64,000 nt of DNA from Negativicutes bacterium (GTDB lineage: Bacteria; Bacillota; Negativicutes; UBA1444): positions 64,001-128,000 of the forward strand of contig CAXXIN010000016.1 of the NCBI GenBank assembly GCA_963665275.2, given 5' to 3'. Under the pieces are notes generated by a model, which did no database searches, was not told the DNA's origin, and saw nothing but the letters and a program-made list of their open reading frames with translations. Position 1 is the stretch's first letter. Each line of letters starts with the position of its first letter. Positions 50,352-60,330 of the stretch are shown here, piece by piece. A program made the position numbers and the translations under genes.

Positions 50352-51434
50352 TCAAGTGGGCAACGCAACAGCATCTGCCGGGGAAATGATTAGTTTGACG
50401 TGGTCCCCTTCATTATATAAAATCATGCCGACCATATATGGTTCTTCTGCATGGATAACCGTTCCATCGGGCAACGCAGCTTCATACTCTATGCGGTCGC
50501 CTACGAAAGTTCGTAGACGTACCACGGCCGTCAGGCCGAGTGCGTCCAAGGTGCCCAAACGCAGACTTTCGGGGCGGACAATCAAAGAGACAGCGGTATC
50601 TGGTATGTAAGAGCGACCTTGTAGGGCCCGCACCTGGTAAGCTTGATCATAGCAGGCTACTTCGAGTTTGCCTGAGCTGGCGTTTCCGACCGTTCCACGC
50701 AGCACGTTGGCCTGGCCGATGAAGTCGGCCACAAACAGGGTTGTGGGGTTGGCATAAAGCTCAAAAGGAGTATCTACCTGCTCGATTCGGCCCTTGTGCA
50801 TGACGACGATACGGTCCGCCAACGTTAGCGCTTCTTTTTGATCATGGGTGACATAGAGGCAAGTCAGTCCCAGTTTTTTCTGGATGCGTCGGATTTCCGT
50901 CCGCATGTGGATGCGCAGTTTGGCATCCAGATTCGAAAGGGGCTCGTCCATGAGGAGGACCTGCGGTTCGAGCGCCAACACTCTGGCGAGAGCAACGCGC
51001 TGCTGTTCACCACCGGAAAGTTGGTTGGGGTAACGACCTTCAACCTTCGGCAGACCAACTAGCTCCAAGCTCTCTCTAACTTTGTTTTGCAGTCCTTCAC
51101 CAGACTGTTTGCGGGCCCGCAGACCATAGGCGACATTATCGAAAATCGTCATATGGGGAAATAAGGCGTAGTTTTGAAAGACAAAACCAATATCGCGTTT
51201 GTTGACCTGTATATTGGTTACATCACGCCCATCAAACAGGATGCGTCCTGATGAAGGAGTTTCGAACCCGGCGATCATGCGTAGTGTCGTGGTTTTGCCG
51301 CAGCCGGAAGGGCCGAGAAAGGTCACCAGTTCTCCTTGATTAATGGTGAGGTGGACATCATCCACCGCCCGGAATTCATTATTGTCCTTGGTGAACGTTT
51401 TAGTCAGGTGCTCAAGGGAAATACTTACTGCCAT
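50352..51434 (-). CDS. ABC ATP-binding protein (AfuC/FbpC-like)
   Basis: [35 protein letters not shown]. Confidence 0.92.
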   Translation of the reverse strand: MAVSISLEHLTKTFTKDNNEFRAVDDVHLTINQGELVTFLGPSGCGKTTTLRMIAGFETPSSGRILFDGRDVTNIQVNKRDIGFVFQNYALFPHMTIFDNVAYGLRARKQSGEGLQNKVRESLELVGLPKVEGRYPNQLSGGEQQRVALARVLALEPQVLLMDEPLSNLDAKLRIHMRTEIRRIQKKLGLTCLYVTHDQKEALTLADRIVVMHKGRIEQVDTPFELYANPTTLFVADFIGQANVLRGTVGNASSGKLEVACYDQAYQVRALQGRSYIPDTAVSLIVRPESLRLGTLDALGLTAVVRLRTFVGDRIEYEAALPDGTVIHAEEPYMVGMILYNEGDHVKLIISPADAVALPT

Positions 51435-51446
51435 GAACAGTCCTCC

Positions 51447-53084
51447 TTAACGGGAATAGCGCGGGTACGCCAGTCGGAAAGCAAGGGTGATGAAGCCGCT
51501 GGCGACAAAGACAATCAGAATCAAAATGACCGAGAAGGCTGAGGCCTGAGCGAACTGCATTTCTGTCATACATTCGAGAATGCGGGTGGTTAATAGGGAC
51601 CAGTGCACAGAAACCAAAAAAATGGTGGCGCTGATTGCGGTCATTGCACGAATGAACAGGAATTTCATTCCAGCAGTCACGGCAGGGATGATAAGCGGCA
51701 GAGTAACCTTGCGGAAAGTGCCGAAGGCCGTTTCGCCAAGCGACAGAGAAGCTTCCTCCAGGGAAGGATCAAGTTGTTGCAGTGAAGCGACGGTGGAGCG
51801 GATACCGGTTGCATCATAGCGAAAAACATAAGCCGATACGATAATGGCCATGGTGCCGGTAAGCACAATCGGTCCGGTATTGAACGCGATAACATAAGAA
51901 ATGCCGACGACGGTTCCCGGCAAGGCGTAATTCAGCATGGACGCAAATTCCATGAAGCGCGAACCGGGAAATTTCATGCGGGAAGTCAGGTATCCGAAGG
52001 CTGTACCGAGGATTGCTCCAAGCGGCGTAACGACGCAGGCAATGACGAAGGTATCCTCGATCGCTTTCAGGCCGCGGGTGAATACGTAATTGTAATGGTC
52101 AAAAGTGAGTGTGTTATTGACACCCCAAACTTTGACCAGCGAACCGAGAAAGATGATCGCGTACAGAAAAAGGATAAAAGCGGAGACAAAAGCGCAAACA
52201 GCCAGAACGAATGCCTCGGGGCCTGTGCCGAGAGTTCTGATGCCGCTGCGCGGACCGGCTTTGCCGGTTATCGTGACGTAGCTCTTTTGGCCGACCCAGT
52301 AACGCTGGAGAAAATAGACGATCAGAGCCGGGATGAGCAGGATAAAGGACAGGGACGCGCCGCCGCGAAGATCGTGCAGACCGGTTATCTGCAGGTAAGC
52401 CTGGGTCGGTAGTACCGGAAAGGAGTGGCCGGCCAACACGAGCGGGGTGGCGAAATCGGCCAGTGAACTGGCAAACAGGAGCAGGAAGGCATTGGCCAGG
52501 CCGGGAGTCGTCAAAGGCAACGTCACGGAGAAGAAGGTGCCAAGACGCGACTTGCCGAGACTCAGCGAGGCATCTTCCAGATTGGGATCAATTGCGGCCA
52601 GGATGGCAGATAGCGTGAGAAAAGCCACCGGGAAAACAGTCAGCGTTTCCGACAGCCAAGTGCCCCAGAAGCCGTAAATATTAAACTGAGGCAGTCCCAA
52701 CCAGCGAAAGAGCATGCCATTAGGTCCCAAAGCCAAAGTAATGGCGATACTACTTGTGAAGGGTGGAGAGATGAGCGGCAGGATCGGCACGGCACTGAGA
52801 AACCATTTGACTGGCCGCGGCAGACTCATCCGGGTGACGGCAAAGGCAAAAATGAAGCCCAGCAGTACCCCGGCGAGGGATACTGCCAGCGCTAAATAAA
52901 GACTATTGAATACGGCAGCCCGATCGTACCAGTTCGTGAAAACACGCATCAAACTGGCCAGGCTGAAGTACCCGTCGGCGAAAAACGTGACCTGAAGTAA
53001 TCGGACAAACGGATAGAGCACGAATACGCCGAGCGAAAGCCATAAAGCGGTGATGGCCGCGATGAGGGCAGGATCACGTCTCAT
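51447..53084 (-). CDS. ABC permease (AfuB/FbpB-like, duplicated)
   Basis: Two EAA-type loops (LEDASLSLG, LEEASLSLG). Confidence 0.9.
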   Translation of the reverse strand: MRRDPALIAAITALWLSLGVFVLYPFVRLLQVTFFADGYFSLASLMRVFTNWYDRAAVFNSLYLALAVSLAGVLLGFIFAFAVTRMSLPRPVKWFLSAVPILPLISPPFTSSIAITLALGPNGMLFRWLGLPQFNIYGFWGTWLSETLTVFPVAFLTLSAILAAIDPNLEDASLSLGKSRLGTFFSVTLPLTTPGLANAFLLLFASSLADFATPLVLAGHSFPVLPTQAYLQITGLHDLRGGASLSFILLIPALIVYFLQRYWVGQKSYVTITGKAGPRSGIRTLGTGPEAFVLAVCAFVSAFILFLYAIIFLGSLVKVWGVNNTLTFDHYNYVFTRGLKAIEDTFVIACVVTPLGAILGTAFGYLTSRMKFPGSRFMEFASMLNYALPGTVVGISYVIAFNTGPIVLTGTMAIIVSAYVFRYDATGIRSTVASLQQLDPSLEEASLSLGETAFGTFRKVTLPLIIPAVTAGMKFLFIRAMTAISATIFLVSVHWSLLTTRILECMTEMQFAQASAFSVILILIVFVASGFITLAFRLAYPRYSR

Positions 53085-54130
53085 TTGATTACTTCGTTGA
53101 TCCAGCGATCAACCAGATGCTGCCGGTCTTTACCGGCTTTTAGAATGTCAACTTCGACGAATTTGACTTTGGACATGTCAAGTGCCGGATCAGTGACTTT
53201 CACATCAGGGTTGGTCGGGATGAAGAAGATCTTATTGGTTTCATATAGTTTCTGCATGTCGGCCGTCGAGGCCCAATCAAGGAACTTTTTCGCCAATTCG
53301 GGTTGCTTGGCGCCCTTGATCATCGCCATCGCTTCCACGGCATAAGCGACTCCCTCCTTGGGATAACTGACGACAACATCATACCCTTGCGCTTTGGTTT
53401 CCAGCGAATCTACCAGAAAGAAAATTCCGCCGACTGCCTGACCGTTGGCGATGGGCAACGTTCCGCCGCCGCCGCTTTTGGTATACATCTGCACGTTTTG
53501 ATGCAGCTTCTTTTGGTAGTCATAGGCTTTGTCTTCACCCATTACGTAAGTCAGACTGAGGATGCGAGAGATCGCGGTCCCGGACGTGCGGGCATCCGCG
53601 GTCTGCAGACCATTCTTAAAGGCGGGATTTAGCAGTTCATCCCAGGAAGTGGGCGCTGGAATATTTTTTTCCTTGAGAAACTTGTTGTTGAACATGAAAC
53701 TGATTGGATCAACAGCGACACCAACCCAGAAATTTTTGGGATCCTTGAATTTTGCCGGGATCTTGTCGGCACTCTTGGGTGCATATGCCTCAAAAACCCC
53801 TTGCTCCACGCCGGCAGCGAAGGTGTCCGCCGGACCGCCAAAAAGCACATCGACCTGCGGGTTGCCTTTTTCCGCCACGATGCGGGCTAATGCTTCACCA
53901 GAGGAGAAGCGGAGAAAATTGACCTTGATGCCGGTTTCTTTGGTGAATGCGGCAAATACCGCGGAAGAGTATTTTTCCGGCCAGATTGTATAAATGTTGA
54001 TTGTTTCGGCTTTGGCCGGAGCAGCAGATTTGTCGGCGGGTTTGGATTCGCCGCCGCCGCACCCGGTGATCAACAGTGCAACCAGAGAAAAGATCAATAC
54101 TAGAATCAGGTGTTTTTTGATTGATGTCAT
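53081..54130 (-). CDS. ABC substrate-binding lipoprotein (AfuA-like)
   Basis: Lipobox ITGC; RFSSGEALARI.AEK.NP, FGGPAD, TSGTA. Confidence 0.88.
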   Translation of the reverse strand: MTSIKKHLILVLIFSLVALLITGCGGGESKPADKSAAPAKAETINIYTIWPEKYSSAVFAAFTKETGIKVNFLRFSSGEALARIVAEKGNPQVDVLFGGPADTFAAGVEQGVFEAYAPKSADKIPAKFKDPKNFWVGVAVDPISFMFNNKFLKEKNIPAPTSWDELLNPAFKNGLQTADARTSGTAISRILSLTYVMGEDKAYDYQKKLHQNVQMYTKSGGGGTLPIANGQAVGGIFFLVDSLETKAQGYDVVVSYPKEGVAYAVEAMAMIKGAKQPELAKKFLDWASTADMQKLYETNKIFFIPTNPDVKVTDPALDMSKVKFVEVDILKAGKDRQHLVDRWINEVIK

Positions 54131-54167
54131 ACGCGTATCCCCCTTTATTTAATTTACATGTTGTAAG

Positions 54168-55220
54168 CTATTTCTCCATGACGGTTTTCCGAAAAGTTTC
54201 TTTCACGGATTCCGCTTCTTTGGCGAACTTGGCCCAGTCGAGCATGGGCGAGTTCTTGGTTATGACCGCTTTGTCGGGAGCTCCCTGGGGCGGCGGGACA
54301 TCATCCCGTACGGAATGCATCCAGCCTTTGGTAACGATGGCCTGCTGACCGTCTTTGGAAAGCCACCAGTCAGTCACTGCTTTGGCTGCTTCGGGATTTT
54401 GCGTACTGGTAAAAATGGCAATCGGGCTGGGCAATATTACCGCTCCGTCAGTTGGATAGGCAACTTTCAACGGTTCGCCCTTGGCGGAAACCTTGAGAAT
54501 GTTTTCTTCACCAATGATGCCGACAAAATATTCACCGGTGATGAGCTTGTTTTGGACAGCGGTGTTACCGCCTTCGATTTTAAGACCGTTGGCCTTGAGT
54601 GCTTTAAAATAATCCCATCCATAGCGCTGGGAAAGATCGGCCGCGACTGTGAGGATGGACCCCGATAGCAGCGGATTAGCCATGGAAAGTTTGTCTTTCC
54701 ATTTGGGATCTGTTAAATCCTTAAAGGTTTTGGGGGCTTCTTCCGGTTTAACTTTGGTTGTATTGTAAGCTATCAGCATGTAACTGAGGCGGACGCCGGT
54801 CCAGTAGCCTTCCGTGTCTTTATATTTTTCACCGACGAATTTGCGGTTGGGAGCGTCAAATTTCAGCAGTAGATTCTTTTCTTTGAGCGTGATGTAGTAA
54901 CCAGGGTCGGAAACCATGAGTACATCGGCCTGGATCTTTTTCGCTTCAATTTCTCCGGCCAGTTTGGTCATGACTTGTTCGGATCCCGCTTGAAACCATT
55001 GAACATCGAGATTGGGAAACGCTTTCTTCAGTTCAGGTTTGACGGCTTCGATGATATCCGGGAACATTGAAGTGTAAATCATCAGTTTACCTGAAGGGCC
55101 GGCTGGTTTGGCAGGTTCTGCCGCTTTTTTGACATCGCCGCCACAGCCTGCGGACAATGCGGTGAAAAGGACGAGAATGAGGAGTGCGGCAGTCAGTTTG
55201 GCTTTTTTCATAAGATTCAT
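54168..55220 (-). CDS. ABC substrate-binding lipoprotein (paralog of 45675 and 61061)
   Basis: Lipobox SAGC; LMIYTSMFPD, WFQAGSEQV, GEIEAKKIQAD. Confidence 0.88.
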   Translation of the reverse strand: MNLMKKAKLTAALLILVLFTALSAGCGGDVKKAAEPAKPAGPSGKLMIYTSMFPDIIEAVKPELKKAFPNLDVQWFQAGSEQVMTKLAGEIEAKKIQADVLMVSDPGYYITLKEKNLLLKFDAPNRKFVGEKYKDTEGYWTGVRLSYMLIAYNTTKVKPEEAPKTFKDLTDPKWKDKLSMANPLLSGSILTVAADLSQRYGWDYFKALKANGLKIEGGNTAVQNKLITGEYFVGIIGEENILKVSAKGEPLKVAYPTDGAVILPSPIAIFTSTQNPEAAKAVTDWWLSKDGQQAIVTKGWMHSVRDDVPPPQGAPDKAVITKNSPMLDWAKFAKEAESVKETFRKTVMEK

Positions 55221-55265
55221 ACCCCCTTGTCTTAAAATGTGAAAAACTTATAGTGTTCGGGAAGG

Positions 55266-55336
55266 AAAATAAAACCGGGATATCTGTGCGGGTGTACCAC
55301 GACACAGACACCCCGGACTTCTCTAAATCTCTGTCC
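55266..55336 (-). promoter_or_regulatory. AGAGA-repeat antiterminator/terminator leader, copy A
   Basis: Minus strand GGAC-AGAGATTTAGAGAA-GTCC overlaps CCGGGGTGTCTGTG...CACAGATATCCCGG-TTTTATTTT. Confidence 0.75.
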
Positions 55337-55408
55337 TGAAGATGTTTCGAATTTGCTCCATTTTAATTGACGAAGAAGTGTTAGCTGATTCTAATCCTGC
55401 CTTTGAGA

Positions 55409-56482
55409 CTATTTCACTATATGGAGCTTGTTCGGCGCAATGACCAGGAATACCTGCTCATCGGCAGCGAATGTTTCGTGATTCGCAGGATCAGGATCAA
55501 CGATAAGCAAGTTTTGTCCATGTGCTGAGATGATGTAATCCTGATAAGATCCCATAAAAACGGAAGAGGCAATTTTGGCCGGGATGCCTGCAGTTCGCGA
55601 GAGTACGACAGCTTCGGGGCGGACGATCAATTTCACGGAATCCCCGATTTTCAGAAGCAGCTCAGTTTTGACATAAAAACTGGTTCCGAGCGTTTCGACT
55701 TCGACTTCTCCGACTGTAGCTGTTTTCACTGTGCTGGGAATAATGTTGGCTGTGCCTATAAAATCCGCCACAAACTGACTGGATGGCGTGGCGTATATTT
55801 CTTTCGGTGTGCCCATTTGTTCGACCACACCTTTGTTCATGACGATGATGCGGTCCGACATGCTCATTGCTTCTGCTTGGTCATGGGTGACATAAATGCT
55901 GGTGATACCGAACTGGCGCTGGATTTTGCGAATTTCGCGCCGCATGTGAATGCGCAGTTTGGCGTCGAGGTTGGAGAGCGGTTCGTCGAACAGGAGCACC
56001 GAAGGCTCCATGACTAGCGCACGGGCCAGCGCGACACGCTGTTGTTGGCCGCCCGAGAGTTGGTTGGGCGAGCGGTTTTCCAAGTCGGCGAGTCCGACCA
56101 GACCGAGAAGTTCCGTAACTTTCACGCGAATGTCATCTGTTTTCATTTTTTTGATTTTTAATCCGTAAGCGACGTTTTCAAATACATTCAAATGCGGAAA
56201 TAGTGCATAGCTTTGGAAAACCATGGCCGTATCCCGCCGATCCGGCGTTAATGTATTGACCCGTACTCCACCGATGAGAACATCACCGCTGTTGGGGTTT
56301 TCAAAACCGGCTATCATCCGCAAAATAGTAGTTTTACCGCAGCCGGAAGGTCCCAGAAGAGTGACAAACTCACCGGGTTCAATGGTGAGGGAGACATTAT
56401 CGACGGCGGTTACTTTTTTGCCACCGGAACCTTCGAAAATTTTTACGAGCTTCTTTACACTGACATTTTTGGATGTTGACAA
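55409..56482 (-). CDS. ABC ATP-binding protein (AfuC-like)
   Basis: [17 protein letters not shown]; TTG start at 56482 with RBS AAGGAGG. Confidence 0.92.
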   Translation of the reverse strand: MSTSKNVSVKKLVKIFEGSGGKKVTAVDNVSLTIEPGEFVTLLGPSGCGKTTILRMIAGFENPNSGDVLIGGVRVNTLTPDRRDTAMVFQSYALFPHLNVFENVAYGLKIKKMKTDDIRVKVTELLGLVGLADLENRSPNQLSGGQQQRVALARALVMEPSVLLFDEPLSNLDAKLRIHMRREIRKIQRQFGITSIYVTHDQAEAMSMSDRIIVMNKGVVEQMGTPKEIYATPSSQFVADFIGTANIIPSTVKTATVGEVEVETLGTSFYVKTELLLKIGDSVKLIVRPEAVVLSRTAGIPAKIASSVFMGSYQDYIISAHGQNLLIVDPDPANHETFAADEQVFLVIAPNKLHIVK

Positions 56483-56498
56483 ACCGATGGCCTCCTTA

Positions 56499-58178
56499 TC
56501 ACCCTTGAACGTCCGAAATTTTAACTCCCATGCGGCCGAGTAGCAATTTGAGAATACCTGTGACAATAAGAACGATGATGATCAACACGGTTGAGTAAGC
56601 CGCGGCCACCCCCAGCTTTCCGCCATCAACCTGGGACATGATGGATACAGTCAGTAGATTGTAACTGGCGGAAACCAGAAAAATAACCGCACTGACCGCA
56701 GTCATGCTGCGGACGAAACTGTACACCAAGCCGCTAAAAAAAGCCGCCTTGATCAGAGGGATCGTGACGGATGTGAATACTTTGAATGAACTTGCGCCCA
56801 AGTCTTGAGCCGCTTCTTCGATGGCCGGATCTATCTGCTGCAGCGAGGCGATACCGGCGCGAATTCCGACCGGCATGCTGCGAAAGACGAAGGAGAGCAC
56901 GATGATTGTCGCAGTTCCCGTCAAGACCAGAGGTTCCTTGTTATAGGCCAGCACATAGCCTACGCCAATGACGGTGCCGGGGATTGCCATAGAGAGCAGC
57001 GAAGTAAATTCGATAAGACCTCGTCCCATAAATTTCTTGCGAACGATCAGAAACGCGATGACCATACCGAGAATGCCGGTAATCGGCATAGAGACGAGGG
57101 CGAGCCAAGTAGTGTCAATGATAGGCTTGAGGCCGAGTTCCATAACATAGCGGTAATGTTTCAGCGTTGGAGTATAATCGATTCCCCAGAGATTCACCAG
57201 TGACCCGTAAGGAATCAAGGCATACAGGATAAGGATGAATAAGCTGACAAGCAGGCAGGGGATACCGACAAAAAATAACGGCAGAGGATCGGCGGTCAGT
57301 TCGCGTTCGCGCGAGGGTTTGCCGGTCACTGTCACATAAGACTTGTCACCGACCCAATATTTCTGCGCCACAAACATCAGTACGGAAACTGTGAGCAGAA
57401 CTGTGGCCAGTGCCGTGCCACCCTTCAAATCGTAATTTCCCATGGCCTGCATATAGATTTGCGCCGCCAGAGTCGTGTAATTGCCACCGATCACCATGGC
57501 ATTACCGAAGTCGGCCACGCTCTGGATGAATACCAGCAGAAAAGCATTGGCAATACCGGGGCGGACCAAAGGCAAAACAATGGTACGGAAGATGTGGCCG
57601 CGGGAGGCGCCCATATTACGGGCCGCTTCTTCATAGGACGGATCGATTTGCCTCAGCAGACCAGCCAATACCAGAAAGGCGACAGGAAAGAAGGTCAGCA
57701 CCTGGACGGTGGCGAGTCCCTCAAAGCCGTAAACATTGGTTTCCTTTAGACCCAGAATTGTCCGGGTCACAAAACCCTGCTGGCCGAACAGCATAATGAA
57801 TGACATCGAGAGCGCGAATGGCGGGGAAATGATCGGCAGAATAGCCAACGTATTGAAGAGGCTTTTGAACCGTATCTTCAGGAAAGCGTCAGCGTAGGCG
57901 AATAAGAACCCGACAAAAGTCGACACCGCGCTGACGAAAATCCCCAACCATACAGTATTGGCGAGTGTTTTCAGGTTATCCATCTTGCTGAGCGAGTCGC
58001 GGAAGTAATTGAGTGTAAAGGTTCCTTCATCCGTGAAGAACCCTTCCCACAATACCTCATAAAGCGGCCACAGGATAAATAAAACCAGAGAAGCCGCCAC
58101 GAGAATAATCGTGGCGGCAAGAATGGGATCACGTGTAATCATTCGTAGTTCATCGAGTTTACGACGGATAATATTCAC
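56499..58178 (-). CDS. ABC permease (AfuB-like)
   Basis: YEEAARNMGA and IEEAAQDLGA loops. Confidence 0.9.
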   Translation of the reverse strand: MNIIRRKLDELRMITRDPILAATIILVAASLVLFILWPLYEVLWEGFFTDEGTFTLNYFRDSLSKMDNLKTLANTVWLGIFVSAVSTFVGFLFAYADAFLKIRFKSLFNTLAILPIISPPFALSMSFIMLFGQQGFVTRTILGLKETNVYGFEGLATVQVLTFFPVAFLVLAGLLRQIDPSYEEAARNMGASRGHIFRTIVLPLVRPGIANAFLLVFIQSVADFGNAMVIGGNYTTLAAQIYMQAMGNYDLKGGTALATVLLTVSVLMFVAQKYWVGDKSYVTVTGKPSRERELTADPLPLFFVGIPCLLVSLFILILYALIPYGSLVNLWGIDYTPTLKHYRYVMELGLKPIIDTTWLALVSMPITGILGMVIAFLIVRKKFMGRGLIEFTSLLSMAIPGTVIGVGYVLAYNKEPLVLTGTATIIVLSFVFRSMPVGIRAGIASLQQIDPAIEEAAQDLGASSFKVFTSVTIPLIKAAFFSGLVYSFVRSMTAVSAVIFLVSASYNLLTVSIMSQVDGGKLGVAAAYSTVLIIIVLIVTGILKLLLGRMGVKISDVQG

Positions 58179-58191
58179 TTTTATAACCTAC

Positions 58192-59238
58192 TTACTTAAT
58201 CGCGTTGTTCCATTTTTCGACCAAGGCGCTGCGGTTTTTGCCGGCCCATTCGAGATTATATTCAATCAGTTTGGTGTTTTTAATCGGTTCAGCCTGTTTC
58301 GGCGGATTCGCGTCAGAATTGGTCAGGAATTGGTACGAGCCTACTGCCTGGCCGAATTCCTGGCCTTTTTTGGAAAGGGCCCAATCAACCCATTTTTTTG
58401 CGGCTTCTTGATCAGGGCCACCCTTGATGATCGCGACGGCGCCAATTTCATAGCCGGTGCCTTCAGAGGGTGCAGATAAGACAAGGTCTTTCATTCCTTC
58501 TTCCTGATACTTGATTGCATCATGCAGGAAAGTCAGGCCAACTGTAACTTCGCCTTGACCTGCCATACGCGCCGGTGCAGTGCCGGTTTTCTGATAAACT
58601 TTGATTTGGCCATTTAATTTCTTCATGTACTCCAGGCCTTTTTCCTCACCCATGAGCTGCACGATGGTTGCCAACATGGTATAAGCGGTGCCTGAGGCGC
58701 CGGGATTGGCCATCGATACTTGCCCTTTCAATTCCGGGCGAAGCAGATCCTGCCAGGATTGCGGCACAGGAATGCCTTTTTCCTTTAGTAGCTTTTCATT
58801 GGAGGAGAATCCGAGATAGCCAACATAGATGCCGGTCCAGAAGCCATCGGCGTCTTTGAATTTAGCCGGAATTTTCGCGGCATTGGGAGAGTCGTATTTT
58901 TCAAACAAACCGTCCTGTTTGGCAGCGATAAAGGCATCGGCAGGTCCTCCCCACCACACACTGGCTTTGGGATTGCTTTTCTCAGCTTTGATTCGACCGA
59001 GGATTTCGCCGGAGCTCATACGCACGGCTTCAACTTTGATGCCGGTATCTTTTTGAAACTCCTGGACCGCCTTTGCCATGTGATCTTCCATCAGGCCACA
59101 ATACAACGTAAGCTTAAGCGGTTTCGCTTCAGGCTTTGCGGGGGTACTGCCACCACAACCTGCCAGTGCAAGTGATGCAACAAATACAAACAGGACCAAC
59201 AGACTGGAAACCTTCAGGCTTTTGTGAGTCATCTTCAA
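58192..59238 (-). CDS. AfuA-like (sugar-phosphate) ABC substrate-binding lipoprotein
   Basis: Lipobox LAGC; SSGE, SGTAYT, TFLHD, GTGYEIG motifs typical of AfuA. Confidence 0.85.
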   Translation of the reverse strand: MKMTHKSLKVSSLLVLFVFVASLALAGCGGSTPAKPEAKPLKLTLYCGLMEDHMAKAVQEFQKDTGIKVEAVRMSSGEILGRIKAEKSNPKASVWWGGPADAFIAAKQDGLFEKYDSPNAAKIPAKFKDADGFWTGIYVGYLGFSSNEKLLKEKGIPVPQSWQDLLRPELKGQVSMANPGASGTAYTMLATIVQLMGEEKGLEYMKKLNGQIKVYQKTGTAPARMAGQGEVTVGLTFLHDAIKYQEEGMKDLVLSAPSEGTGYEIGAVAIIKGGPDQEAAKKWVDWALSKKGQEFGQAVGSYQFLTNSDANPPKQAEPIKNTKLIEYNLEWAGKNRSALVEKWNNAIK

Positions 59239-59285
59239 ACCTCCCCAGTTTTCTCCTTTATTACTTGGCGGCTACGTCGCGGCAG

Positions 59286-59351
59286 AAAAAAACCGGGAGC
59301 TTGCGTAATGCAACGCAAGCATCCCGGGAATTTCTCTTAATCTCTCTTCCC
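59286..59351 (-). promoter_or_regulatory. AGAGA-repeat antiterminator/terminator leader, copy B
   Basis: Minus strand GGGAA-GAGAGATTAAGAGAAA-TTCCC overlaps CCGGGATGCTTGCGT...ACGCAAGCTCCCGG-TTTTTTT. Confidence 0.78.
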
Positions 59352-59398
59352 TGCAAATGCGATATTCTAAGTAACTATCATACCTTATATCCAGCATT

Positions 59399-59472
59399 AG
59401 TATAGCGCTGTCTGGGGCGGTTCGTCAATCACAAATCCCGTAATTGACGGCTTGGCGAATCCAAGTTATAAT
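59399..59472. promoter_or_regulatory. Back-to-back divergent sigmaA promoters
   Basis: Minus: TTGACG(59428-23)-18-TATACT(59404-399). Plus: TTGACG(59444-49)-17-TATAAT(59467-72). Confidence 0.78.
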
Positions 59473-59513
59473 AATTTTAATATTTAGATATGCATCATTT
59501 TTTAGGCAGCTTT

Positions 59514-59585
59514 GGGAAAAGAGAGCAAGAGAAATTCCCGGTATGTTGGTGGCTTTTTGTCGCCCGTCCGGGGTTTTGTGTTTTT
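59514..59585 (+). promoter_or_regulatory. AGAGA-repeat antiterminator/terminator leader, copy C
   Basis: GGGAA-AAGAGAGCAAGAGAAA-TTCCC overlaps AATTCCCGG...CCGGGGTT-TTGTGTTTTT. Confidence 0.72.
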
Positions 59586-59623
59586 GGCAAGATATAGGAT
59601 TCGGGAAAGAAAGGGTGGCGGAA

Positions 59624-60295
59624 ATGGAACGAAAAATGTACTCGGAAGAGCTGGCGGGCATCAAGCAGTTGACCCTTGACATGGGGCAGAAGACCGTTGA
59701 TGCTGTAAAGTTTTCCGCGCAAGCTCTTATATCGAACGATCAGGATGCGGCGGTTCGCGCCCGAAATTTGGAAAAAGAAGTGGACGACATTTATCGGCAA
59801 GTTGATGACCGTTGCATCATTAGCATCGCAACACAACAACCCATGGCGGGAGACCTGCGATTTTTGGTTTCAACGCTCAAGATCGCCACAGAAATTGAAA
59901 GAATTGCTGATTATGCCAATAATATTGCAAAAATGGTGCAAAAGAAGTTTGCCCAGGAAGATATGTCGCCGATTGAGTCCATGAAACCGGCAGTGGATAT
60001 CATGGCCAGGGAAGCTGTCAGTATGCTGGAGGAAGCACTGGAGGCCTACCGCAAAAATGATCCTGAAATGGCGATTTTGGTTCCAAAACGCGATGCACTG
60101 GTGAACCGGTTGAATAAAGACTTGTTCCGCAACATTCTGGCCATGGCAACGGTGAAACAGTATGCGAACGAACTGGCAATGGATTTTCACACCACAGTGC
60201 GCTATATCGAGCGTGTGGCAGACCGGTCAGGCAATGTTGCCGAATATGTTTATTATGCAGCTACCGGATACCGATTCCCCGACAATAAAAAATAA
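59624..60295 (+). CDS. phoU: Phosphate signalling protein PhoU
   Basis: QQPMAGDLR, EIERIADYANNIA, IERVADRSGNVAEYVYY. Confidence 0.92.
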   Translation: MERKMYSEELAGIKQLTLDMGQKTVDAVKFSAQALISNDQDAAVRARNLEKEVDDIYRQVDDRCIISIATQQPMAGDLRFLVSTLKIATEIERIADYANNIAKMVQKKFAQEDMSPIESMKPAVDIMAREAVSMLEEALEAYRKNDPEMAILVPKRDALVNRLNKDLFRNILAMATVKQYANELAMDFHTTVRYIERVADRSGNVAEYVYYAATGYRFPDNKK

Positions 60296-60330
60296 CCGAC
60301 GCAGCTTCAGGTGGAAAGGGGGCGCGTATT

